Part shown: in pieces, positions 1 to 11,009 of the stretch | How the letters are laid out: each line of letters starts with the position of its first letter | Position numbering within the stretch: position 1 is the stretch's first letter | NCBI GenBank assembly: GCA_010909165.1 | Contig: MU008170.1 | Location: 434,001 to 498,000, forward strand | Direction: 5' to 3' | Source: Anthoceros angustus | Lineage: Eukaryota; Plantae; Anthocerotophyta | Length of the DNA stretch: 64,000 bases | Notes under the pieces: model-generated | Told to the model about the DNA's origin: nothing | Databases searched by the model: none | Seen by the model: only the letters and a program-made list of their open reading frames with translations | Made by a program: the position numbers and the translations under genes

Positions 1-54
1 ATAATGGTGACGGAGGCCGGATCTACCCGAGAAAAAGGGTGTGGAAATGCTTAC

Positions 55-313
55 CATCTGTAGGTAGATGTCGGATGGGGAAACTGCTTGTTTATAGATG
101 TACTCGAACCTGCATCCAGATGGAGGAACAAGCGAAATGTTGAGATGCACCGGCCATGGCATTCAGCCGTCTGATCATTCACTACACTAAGTACTAAAAC
201 TCACTCTGGACGCTCTCGACCTTGGCTGTCCTTCTCAAGGTCCTCGTAGGTGACGTCATCTTTCTCACCTTGGGCACTGTGTGGATGTTCCTTTTTGCCC
301 GTGTCACTCTTCT
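55..313 (-). CDS. Two internal exons (205-313 and 55-109) of an unidentified spliced gene running off the left edge
   Basis: Acceptor tgtgcAG at 314, donor GTGAGT at 204, acceptor atgcAG at 110 and donor GTAAGC at 54. The joined frame is open: KSDTGKKEHPHSAQGEKDDVTYEDLEKDSQGRERPEFEYIYKQAVSPSDIYLQM. A second frame is also open. Product not recognised. Confidence 0.45.
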
Positions 314-907
314 CTGCACAGGAGGGAGCGTTGGGTTGTCAGCGCCATGCCTGAACACACAAGAATCCATCCAAGGGCCATGCCCGGATACAGACTGGTG
401 TGAGTTGTTGACAATACTTTCTGGTTGGGAACCAATGAATCCTGGACTGAGAAAAGCGCTTGATTGGGACGTGGGCTGGCGGGATGGTCTCTGGTAAAAT
501 AGATGGCAGAAATGCAGCCTTAGTTCACGTCAGTCTGAAATGCATCCTTGGCCTCGAATGTTACAATTCTGCAGTTGGCACATATAGGTGAGGGTGAGAG
601 CGAGACATGTTTCTCATTTTCTTCCTGCGATGAGCAAAGAAGAGATTCAAGGGCCTTCAAGTCACCCCATGACATCTCCATCTTGCCTTCCCTGCAGCAG
701 CGTACCACAGAGTATGTGAAGACCAAAGAAGCCAGAGCAAACAGCACCTTGTTGGTGAGATGACGTCCAACCCCACCAGCTTTCCATTGATTTGGGGCCC
801 CGGCCAACTCCTGACCAGAAGCAAGTTCGACACTGATTTTAGGGCTAGAAAAATTTATGGAGCGAATGAACAAGGAATGGAGCAGCTGCATCCGAGATCC
901 ACGACTA

Positions 908-1402
908 TTATGGAGAAGTAGAGCCGGATGCCTCATGTTGGGTGGCTCTCCTCCGCCTCGTGAGAATGATCCTCTGGACAGGATCCCTCTCCCGTATATC
1001 AGGAAGTGGGTTCCGGCACTCAATGGAAACACCACCTAGAAAAGTCCATGCTACAAACATGAGGGTAGCACACAAGGACCACCTCCAGAGAGCTCCGAGT
1101 CCTCGCTCCCCACGACTCAAATCCTCCTCTTCCAGTTCGACACAGACTGAGTCGGAGTCCTCATCTTCCTCCTCATCACAATCCCTGCGCTCCGGTACCA
1201 AGTGGGCGTCATCCCTCGGAATAGAATCCGCTTCACACCACCGTTGGTTCTCAAAACACACAATCTTGTTCTCTTCTACCACAGCATCCTCCACCGAATT
1301 TCCTTCTACATGACTGTCTAAATCCTCTACACTAGCAGCACCCTGCTTGCCATCCCAGTCGGATTCCTTCAACGAAACTTGCATCTCTTGCAAACTGTCC
1401 AT
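908..1402 (-). CDS. Hypothetical acidic protein with one predicted transmembrane segment (~165 aa from MDSLQEM)
   Basis: Single ORF with a D/E-rich N-terminal part followed by the hydrophobic stretch LGALWRWSLCATLMFVAWTFLGG. No family recognised. It may be spliced to the downstream exons. Confidence 0.4.
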   Translation of the reverse strand: MDSLQEMQVSLKESDWDGKQGAASVEDLDSHVEGNSVEDAVVEENKIVCFENQRWCEADSIPRDDAHLVPERRDCDEEEDEDSDSVCVELEEEDLSRGERGLGALWRWSLCATLMFVAWTFLGGVSIECRNPLPDIRERDPVQRIILTRRRRATQHEASGSTSP

Positions 1403-2005
1403 CATCGGGTTGCCCTTACCCCATACCAGCAAGCCACAACCTTTGTCTACCGGTGAGATCTGCCTGGAAGGGATGAAAGTACTTGCTTGGGGTTGCCACC
1501 CGAGAGCACCTGGTTCCAAAGCTCCACACCACCTTATTGCCCTGAACTGTCCACAAATCTCGCTGAATCAACCAGCAGGTTGAAGTGTGAAGGAAGAATC
1601 AGTAATCCCCGCAGTGTTAGGCAACTCCACTGAAACCCGGAAACCCTACAGTCATAGAGAAAAGAGGGTTACAACATCCACAACAGAAGCAGAAGCAAGC
1701 AAAGCGAATCCGTCCAGTCCCGATGGGACGGACTGCTGGATCAACGTCAACATCCTACCAAGAACAAGGCGGAAACAAAACTGGGAGAGTTGCTGAGAAA
1801 CACGCTCACCTACAGACGCTTTGACGGTGGAGCAAGGTGAGGAATTTCAAAATCGGTAGAGGCAAAATTTCAAAATCGCGGGGCGTGGAGGGAGAGAGAC
1901 CTAAAGCTATGAGCAAAGGCTTGAGTTTTAACTGCCGTGTTTTTCGACAGAATCGGTCAAGGTAGCCAACTGGTTTTCTGTGCCCTGGACCGTTGAAGGA
2001 CAGGA

Positions 2006-3034
2006 ATGGCCGGACACGGAGAAATCAGCGAGGAACCGGAAAGCCACAGCGTCGTGAGTGCCCACATTCCTGCGCCTGCTCGCATTTGGCTGGTTTGATC
2101 GACAGCGGCTTAGAGCAGCTTCTCAGGAGCGGGTGTTGTGCAGGGTTCGGCACCGCACACCTCCAAGGTCGGATGGGGTTCCTACCAGTGCTCGGAAGCG
2201 GGCGAGGAAGGACGCAAGGCGGCCCCGGGCCCTGGGCGGCGACAGAGATTGGTGCCCGATCGGAAGAAGCACGCGGAGGAAGATGGTAGATGACTGCAAC
2301 CCTGGTCACTACTGTGTTGCTACTGCACCTGCCTGCTGCTGCTGTCGAGTACCATCTCAAGCTTGTGTTTCCATCACAACAGAGACTCAAGAAATCGTGG
2401 AACTGGATGAGTTAGATGTCGACGATTCTTCCGAGGTAGCCTTGGGTTCCCATGACTGTGTTATCTGAATCCGGGTGAAGGAAACTGAAACCGAGGTTTC
2501 CCATCCCCAGCAGGCTATATCGCCTATGTTCTTCGGGGACAGAAAACTGCCTACCATAGAGGAGCTTGATGCCGCCTTGCCTTTCAAGTTTTCCCTTTTT
2601 CATGTAAGTTCATATGCTGTGCTGTGTCGAGCAAGCCTTGTGAGAACTTGGGGAGCTGATTGTGGATGACATTCTTGAAGAGCAGGACGAGGACATCGAT
2701 CTCAGGCCCTTGATAGCATCGCTTTCTCCAGTTTCTCAGGTAAGTGTGAATTACTCCTTCCATTAGTGAGTGACGAGGTCTGCAAACTCTATTCCATCGG
2801 GATGGTTCCTCGTTCCGTCCTTCTCCTTCTGTGAGCAGGTTGTGGAGGAAGATCTGGTTTGGGACGGCAGAAGGATCCTGTCCGAGGTGAGCTTCACTAC
2901 CAGAAGCTTGAAAGAATGACACCGAAAACCACATCACACAAAGCCAGCCGTGAATCCACCTACCCGCTTGCTGTTTACAGATGGAATTCAAAGTGAACGA
3001 GAGGAAGGAAGAACGGCCACCGCAGTGGATCTAA
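2006..3034 (+). CDS. IFT43: Intraflagellar transport protein 43-like (IFT-A subunit), 7 exons
   Basis: Exons 2006-2053, 2144-2285, 2383-2435, 2511-2603, 2686-2739, 2839-2886 and 2981-3034 have GT-AG introns and join in frame. The C-terminus KLPTIEELD...DEDIDLRPLIASLSPVSQVVEEDLVWDGRRILSEM resembles the IFT43 C-terminal motif (IDLxxLxxxLxPxxxVxEDDxxWDxxxLxxE) as I recall it. Confidence 0.75.
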
Positions 3035-3338
3035 CCCTAACCCTTACCTGGTGCAATAGGACATCCATATCCATCCCCTTCCCAGCACACCGACCCCGGC
3101 GGAAAAGATGCCAAATCAGGAACATGATAAACAGACGGAGGAGGAAGACATATATCATCCACGGCAAAGGCTACGGCAGAGGACACAAGAAATTTCTGAC
3201 CCGGATGCGGACAACAACGCTACGTCTCGTACTTTCTCCCTCCGCGTCTCACCGCATGAGTCGAGCCAGTTCGGTGAACGTGGACAGAAATGGAGGCGAG
3301 TCTGCCTTGACGACCAGGATTCGGAGCCGGGAAGCCAG

Positions 3339-5848
3339 ATGCCGTTTGCCGCCAACGCCACGGCCGCCATAGCCGCCGCCACCGTGTGGAGCCGAGGAGC
3401 GGAGATGGCGCCAGGCAAGCCAACGCGCAAGGCGAAGGCAGACAGGGAGCTCGGGAAGGCGGCGGAGCAGCTGCAGGCGTGGTACGACGTGCCGCTGCTG
3501 GAGAAGGCTTGGGTGAGCACGGCGGCCGGGCGGCCGGGGAGCCTCGACCTCCTCGTCTCCTTCAACCAGCCAAATCTCCGCGCCAACGCCAAGCGCACCT
3601 TCGTGAGCAGCGTGTTCCTCCCGGACGCCGCCTCCCGGCCGCAGGAGCAGTGCTGGTCGCCGTTCCCCGTGGAGCTGAGCGGCGCATCGCTGCTGGCGCC
3701 GTCCCCGTCCGGCACCAAGCTGCTGGTGGTGCGGAAGCCGGAGGACCCGGGGTCGGCGACCGGGGCGACGCTGGAGATCTGGGGCCGCGGCCGCCTGCTG
3801 CAGGACCTCCCGTGGGCGCCGCCCTACACGGTTCTGTGTACACCGACGGCTGGTTCGAGGGCGTGGCCTGGAGCCCGCAGGAGGACCGCGTCGCCTACGT
3901 CGCGGAAGCCCCGGCGTCCTCCTCCCCGCGACCGGTCTTCGGCGCCCCCGCCGAGACCGACCCGGGCGCCTGGAAGGGCCAGGGCGACTGGACGGAGGAC
4001 TGGGGCGAATGCTATACCGGCAAGCGCCGCCCGGCGCTCTTCGTCGCGTCCCTCGGGTCGGGCCGGATCCGCGAGGTGCCCGGCATCCCGGCCGACATTT
4101 CGGTCGGGCAGGTGGTCTGGGCTCCCCGCGCCGGCCACGCCCAGGGCGTCGAGGAATCCCTCGTCTTCGTCGGCTGGCCCCGAGAATCCACCAATTTCAG
4201 CACGCCAAGGCAGCTCGGCATGAAACACTGCTACAACAGGCCATGCGCGTTGTACGCCATCCAAGCCCCCAAAGCGCAGGTTGAAGCAGGAACAGACGAT
4301 GAAGCTGAAGCAGAAGACGCAGCAGAAGCAGAGGATGATGTCGGTTTAGGTTTAGTCCGCCTCACAGACTTACTGTCCAGCGCATTCTCACCCTCCTTCA
4401 CCCCGGATGGAAGCAAGCTGTGCTTCCTGAGCGCACAGAGCGCGGTGGATACCGGCGTGCATTGCTCCACTACTTCACTCCACTCTCTGGCATGGCCTCC
4501 CCAGGCTCCCGAGAACGGGAAGGCCAGATCCAAGGCGAGGGTGCTGGTTCCAGTGGTGCAGGAAAGCGATGGAGCTGCGTTTCCTGGACTCTACAGTCTA
4601 GGGTTTGTTGCCAGGCCCTGGCTTGAGACGTCTCGAACCAACGAGACGTCTCCGACCAACGAGAAGTCTCCAACCAACGAGAAGTCTCGAACCAACGAGC
4701 CGTCTCAGAGCACCGAGACTTCTCCTTTTTTGGTGCTGTCATCGCCATGGCGGAGCACGCAGGTGATCCTGGCGGTGGATGTTGGGTCTGGGGAGGTGGA
4801 GAAGATCAGCCCGGAGGATTCTGCGTGGTCTTGGAGTCTGCTGGGGGTGCATGGGGAGTGGGTGATTGCTGCGGCGAGCTCGCCGGCTTTCCCTCCGGTG
4901 CTGAAGCTAGGGTTTAGGGGGGGAGATGGGGAGGGGAAGGAGAGGAAGTGGGTGTGGATTGATGTGCCAGCGCCTCAGCTTTCGGTGGAGGAGGTTGTGG
5001 AGAAGACGATGAGCTCCATCTCCTTCCGGATTCTGCAGCTACCGGGAGGAGCTGGGGAGTCCATTTTTGTGGAGAGGAAGCGGGAGGAGGAGGGGGAAGG
5101 GCAGGAGGGGAAGGGGAAGGGGAAGGCGGGGCCGAGGCCTTTGATTCTGGTCCTGCACGGGGGGCCGCACTCGGTTTCTACCACGGGGTTCTCCAGGGCG
5201 TCTGCGTTTCTGTCCGGGCTGGGTTTCAATCTGCTGCACGTGAATTACCGGGGGTCGCTGGGGTTCGGGGAGGCGGCCCTGCAGTCGCTGCCGGGGAAGG
5301 CCGGGCGGCAGGACGTGGACGACGTGCTGGCGGCGCTGCAGCAGGTAGTGAGCCTGGGGCTGGCGGATTCCGGCCGGGTAGCGGTTCTGGGCGGTTCGCA
5401 TGGTGGGTTTTTGGCCACGCACCTGATCGGGCAGGCTCCGGAGTTGTTCCGCACTGCGGCGGTGAGGAATCCCGCTACGAATCTGTCGTCCATGGTGGGG
5501 ATTACGGATATTCCGGATTGGTGTTACGTGGAGGCTGCGGGGAGGAAGGGAAAGGATGGGTACACTGAGGCGCCGAGTGATCAGGATCTGGCGCGGTTCT
5601 ACCAGGTTTCCCCCATCGCACACGTGGGGAGCGTGAAGGTGCCCACGCTGTTCGTGCTGGGCGCGCAAGATCGGCGCGTTCCTGTGTCTACAGGGTTCCA
5701 ATATGTGCACGCGCTCAGGCAGCGGGGGCTGGAGGTGAAGACCATCGTGTTTCCTGAGGATTGCCATGCCATCGACAAGCCCCAGTCGGATTTCGAGAGC
5801 TTTGCCAATATTGGGGCCTGGTTCTCCAGATTCCTGCTGGATTCCTGA
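3339..5848 (+). CDS. AARE: Acylamino-acid-releasing enzyme (S9C prolyl-oligopeptidase family), intronless, with an apparent 1-nt frameshift near 3809-3811
   Basis: N-terminal VPLLEKAW and SPSGTKLLVVR lie in ORF 3108-4223. LHGSVYTDGWFEGVAWS, LHGGPH, VNYRGSLGFG, the nucleophile motif GGSHGG, QDRRV (Asp) and DCHAI (His) lie in ORF 3386-5848. One extra C in the C-run at 3809-3811 joins the two frames. The start is uncertain (3108, 3339 or 3405). Confidence 0.9.
4625..4725 (+). repeat. 18-bp coding tandem repeat (~5.6 copies) inside AARE
   Basis: Units gagacgtctcgaaccaac, gagacgtctccgaccaac, gagaagtctccaaccaac, gagaagtctcgaaccaac and so on, encoding E[TK]S[RP]TN. Confidence 0.9.
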
Positions 5849-6102
5849 TCTCTTGCTTCCCGGTTGGGAGGATAACAGTCAATGAAGCATATGAACACTG
5901 CCCACCGTTATTTGAATACAAAAATGAATCACACATGCACAAAGCACAGCGGAATCATGCTTGAATAAAAGCGGATGGATGTTTGTCAAACTTCTCCTAC
6001 TCGAATTCCAGGCCGTGCGGAATGCCTTGTTTGCAGTGAGCCACAGAACAGAAAGTGTCCAAATGTAGGCCTGAGGAATGTGGCAATGTAGGAGGAGCGG
6101 CG

Positions 6103-9100
6103 ATGGATGCCCACTTGCTTGGTGTCAACGTTGCTGGAACTGAGAGGTATGTTTGTCTCCCGTCAGAAGGGTCCGGAAGTGTGGAATGGAATCTGCCCAG
6201 CTTGACAGACGGATGATCCTCTGCTTTGCAGGCCAGCCATCACATCCGACCTACTCACGCTGTGTAAGGATGGACGGCTGGACAAAGTTCTCGTTGCTCT
6301 GCGACGCGTGGACGAGCATGGCAGCCATCTTCCTTCGGTGCAGCTCTATAAGCACCTGCTGCAGGCGTGCAGTAAGAAGAAAGCTTTGGCTGAGGCCAGG
6401 TGGGTGCAGGCTCATTTGGTGAGGCATGGGTTGTTGGAGTGCGACACAGTTTTGGGGGACCTTGTGGTGAGCACGCTCGTGAACTGTGGGGGCCTTGGAG
6501 ATGGGCTGAACCTGTTTTACAGTTTGAGTCGGCGGAGCGTTTTTTCCTGGACTGCCATTATCTCAGGGTACAGCGATGCTGGGCTTTGTAAGGAGGCGTT
6601 GGGGTGCTATGAGCGTATGCTGCTGGACAGGGTTCAGCCCAACAAGTATACGTTTGTGAGCTTGCTGAAAGCGTGCAGCAGGTTACGAGACCTGGAGGAG
6701 GCGAAGCGGATTCATGCTGCTGCTGTGGCACATGGGTTTGGAGCAGATGTTTTTGTGGGGAGCAGTTTGGTCAGCATGTATGCAAAGTGTGGCAGCATTG
6801 TGGACGCGCAGCACGTTTTTGACACGTTGTCGGAGCGTGATGGAGTGTCATGGAATGCCATGCTTTCTGCTTATGCTCGACATAATGAAGGAGAGAAGGC
6901 GTTGCAAATGTATTGGCGGATGCAGGAGGAAGGTGTGAGGCAAGATGCTTGGACCTTTGTCAGCGCTCTGCAAGCGTGTGGGAATCTTGCGGAAAAGGAG
7001 AAGCCGACTATGCTTGCCGATGGGCAGAATGTGAAGAGAGAGGCACTGTGGCAAGGGAAGGAAATCCATGCTGCAGTTGCCGTTAGGGGTCTTGAGTCAG
7101 ACATCTATGTGGGTAACGCCTTGGTTACCTTGTATGCCAAGTGTGGGAGCATCTGGGCTGCAGAGCAGGTGTTCTTCACATTGTCCAAGCCTGATGTGGT
7201 ATCGTGGACCGCCATGATTTCAGCATATGCCCAGCTGGACCAAGGAGAGAAGGCCTTGCACATGTATAGGAGAATGCAAGTCGAGGAAGGTGTGAGGCCG
7301 AATGGGCACACCTTGGTCAGCATTCTCCAAGCCTGCTCCACTCTAGCGGAGAAGGAGGAAGGTGTTTTGTTCGACGGTCAAAATGTAAAGGTGGAGTCGT
7401 TGCAGAAGGGGAAGGAGATACACGCTGCAGCTACATGCCAGTCATTTGAGTCTGACGTGTTTGTGGCCAACTCTCTAGTGAGCATGTATGCAAAGTGTGG
7501 GAATATCTTGGATGCTAAGCATGTGTTCGACAGCTTGTCCCAGCGTGACGTGGTGTCATGGACTGCGATGGTTGCAGCATATGCTCAGCAAAACCAAGGA
7601 GACAGGGCTCTGCAGCTTTATCAGCAGATGCAAACGGAGGGGTTGAAGCCAGATGCTCGAACGTTTGTGAGTGCCGTCCAAGCATGTGGCAGCATGGCAG
7701 ATATGGAGAAGAGTGTGGAGGTGGACGGTCAACATATCATGGTGGAGTCCCTGCAAAAGGGGAAGGAAGTTCATGCTGGGGCTGCAGCCGGGAGGAGCGG
7801 TTTTGAAGCAGATGTGTTTGTTGGTAACAATTTGTTGAGTATGTATGCAAAGTGCGGGAGCATCGGTGATGCGCAGCAGGTGTTCGCCACACTGCCCCAT
7901 CGTGACGTTGTATCATGGAATGTGATGCTTGCTGCATATACCCAACACGACCAAGGAGAGAAAGCGTTGCAGGTTTTCTGGCAGATGCAAGACGAGGGTG
8001 TGCGGCCAAATGCACGCACCTTTGTGAGCGCTGTCCAAGCATGTTGCTCTCTGGCTGAAAACGAGAAGAGTTCAGTGGTGGAGGGGCAGAACGTGAAGGC
8101 CAGATCGCTGCTAAAGGGGAGAGAAGTACATGTTGCAGTATCCAGACATGGTTTGGAAACGGATGTGTATGTAGGTAGCACGCTGGTGGGCTTGTATGCA
8201 AGGTGCGGGAGCATCAAGGATGCGGAACAGGTCTTCAGCAACCTTCCTCAGGGCAACGTGGTGCCATGGACTGCCCTAATGGCAGCTTATTCTCAGCTAC
8301 AGCATGGAGACAAGGCCCTGCAACTGTACTGCCAGATGGAAGCACAAGGTGTGCAGGGGGACGAGGCTACATTTCGCTGTGTCTTGGAACAGTGCAGCAG
8401 AAGAGGAGCCTTGGATATGTGCGTGCAGGCCGATAAAAGTATCACCGCAAATGGACTCCTTTGCAGTCCCCCTGTGACATGCAGTCTGATACATGCCTAC
8501 AGCAACTGTGGAAGCATGGTGGATGCTCAGCGTGTTTTTGATTTATTGCCCCAGCCCGATGTGGCATCATGGACTGCACTAATTGCTGGATATGCCCGGT
8601 CAGGATGCTTTCAATTGAGCATGAAGCTGTTTGAGGACATGCGTGTCGCAGGTGTGGAACCAGACGGGGTCACCTTCCTTGCACTTCTGTCGGCATGCAG
8701 TCATGCTGGCATGGTGGAGAAAGGACTGGAGTACTTCTCCAAAATGACCAGAGACCACAGCATCCCTGCAGAGGTGGAGCATTATGCTTGTGTGATTGAT
8801 CTCGTTGGACGTGCAGGACTGTTCGACGAGGCAGAGTGTTTGCTCTCGCAAATGCCAATGCAGCCCGATTTGTCTGTATGGTTGTGTCTGCTGAGTGCCT
8901 GCCGAAAACATGGTAATGTGGTCCTGGGGAGGCGTGCTTTTGATGGTGCTGTGGCATTAGAGCCACAACAAGCTGCGCCGTACTTGCTCATGGCAAACAT
9001 CTATGCTCAAGCGAGCATGTGGGACAATGCAAATGAAATAGACGGGTTGAGACACGATGTAGGTGCATGGAAACTGCCTGGCCAGTCCTGGATCGAGCAT

Positions 9101-9214
9101 GAGCAGGAGGTGCATACTTTCCTTGTGGGAGATCACAGGCACCAATACTTAGACATAAGAGGGTTGCTCCGAGAGCTAAGTGCACATCTGAATGAGGAAG
9201 AATCTGATTCTTGA
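6103..9214 (+). CDS. PLS-class pentatricopeptide repeat protein, E/E+ end, no DYW domain (PPR copy 1)
   Basis: Repeating P-L-S motifs (DVVSWTAM..AY, TFVSxxQAC, LVSMYAKCG), E-domain HYACVIDLVGRAG and PGQSWIE. It stops after HQYLDIRGLLRELSAHL with no DYW. Short exon 1 (6103-6146), then a phase-2 intron 6147-6231 (GTATGT..TTGCAG) that restores the frame. Confidence 0.92.
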
Positions 9215-9953
9215 GAAGTCTGCAAACACGGCAGCTGTAGACGGCCCTAAATGAGGGGGAACACAGTCATGCACGTATGCACTCCTCGTAGGTTTCCTTG
9301 GTAGTCTGACGTTTGTGCAGATCGATAGCCCCTTGCGAATGGAGATCCCTCATCCGATGACCACATGTCCAAGGGGGGGGAATGCCACGATCGCCAGGAC
9401 ATATGTACCGGGAACTGACAGAAAACACAACACTCGTTTCCTTTCGATAATGCAGCATCTGGAGCGTGTGAACATGGCCGATCGAGCACAATGGAAAGGA
9501 GTTTTGGAACAATCTCTGGGCACGGCCCTGGAAATGTGGGAGCAGCTGCAGAGTGCTCTATTGGCTTCTCGATTCCTGGTGCCCGCCACTTCGCACCTCC
9601 CCTGTTCTCTCGGCTTGAGCATCTGCTCATGTGCGAAACCCTCGAAACGTGAGACCTTTCTTTTGCTGAATGGCATAATCGAGCACAACTCGCTTAGCAT
9701 GCGCAAATGGATCTTCATCCTCCCGGCCATGCGTATAAGATCGTCCTCGGCAGGCTTCATCCTGAAAATACCAAGGCTACGGCTTCGGGCTCCTAACCAC
9801 CATGGCACTCTACCATATGATTCCGTGGCGACCGTCAGATCGTGCGGGGAATCCTTGGACATACGCTATACAATCCCTGTGGGATGGTCAGTTTCTTCCA
9901 TCACTCACCTGCGAGCTAAGCCTTGAGAACCAGAACCCGTGGGCAGCTTGAAC

Positions 9954-10488
9954 ATGGAAGGGCGTCCATGGCTTCCCCTGGGCCTTGTGCGTCTTGCTCG
10001 TCTGGGCCTTACGTTTGGTGTCGCTGCAGCAGACAACTCCTACTGCCATGTCATCCCTTTCCTCGGCTTTTCTGGTGCCGACATCGACGTGGGCGTCACT
10101 CTGCAAAACATTTACCAGTGTGCGAACAGGTGCTCGAGTGATCCCGACTGCCTGGCATTCTCATTCCCGAAGGACAAGACCTGCTTTATCACGAATGGGT
10201 TGGGTACTCCGCAGAGCACCCCAGACTGGATCAGCGTTACCACAGGTACGCTGCAATGAACAATCGTGCTGTGACATCCATGTTCTGCTGGGCCTGGCCA
10301 TCGCCACATCCAGAACGCGTTCTTGTTTTTCCTGCTTCCAAGTTCCCATGCCGATTCTACTTTCGGCCTGCATTCAACTGTTGACGCACAAAATTGCCTG
10401 CAACAAATATTTCTGTTCGCTCTGCACTGGATGCTCGCAAACAGGCTACAACGACTGCAGGGGGAATTTCTGGAGCCACCAGCCTTGA
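9954..10488 (+). CDS. Small secreted PAN/Apple-domain protein, 2 exons
   Basis: Hydrophobic N-terminus followed by QCANRCSSDPDCLAFSF..KTCFI, a PAN-type Cys pattern. Intron 10246-10444 (GTACGC..AACAG) gives an in-frame last exon GYNDCRGNFWSHQP-stop. Confidence 0.65.
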
Positions 10489-11009
10489 TCGACAATTCAG
10501 GCTTGGCGGGAGAAACTGGCATGTGCGGATTTCTTGAAAGCCATTCTTGTTACCAATTGCCAGTTCATTGCGCTTGCTTAAACCGGTTGTTTGTTTTTAA
10601 CAAATCTTAGGGACCATGCTGCAGGAAATGTACACCGAAGAGACAGCACAATCTATAAATCATGTGAGGGAGCTCGACTATGGAATACCGATCTGGTCAC
10701 ACGGGAGTGTGTGTGTGACTTTCTTTTTTTTCGGTGTACGCTACGAGGATATGCCACGGAATCTTTTCGATACTTACGTATAATACACGTATAATACGTG
10801 CCACATCAACTTCACGGGGTTCGTGCGGGGAAAAACATTCTATCACACGTTCATCGGCCCGGTGTTCCGATGGTGTCATACAGATCTTTTTTTGATGACG
10901 GTGTTAAGGTTTTCATCGGGTCTACACACAAACATGGCGGGCAACACATACACACAGAACTTTTGTTCGCGGTATGGCCAGCGTTCGCCCGCCACGCAAA
11001 TCCTCCGCT

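Noticed and set aside
3031-3048. ctaaccctaacccttacc as a telomeric remnant
   Set aside because: Only about two units; a common telo-box-like motif in plant intergenic DNA.
9247-9930. Overlapping ORFs between the PPR and PAN genes
   Set aside because: No recognisable motif or consistent splice pattern on either strand.
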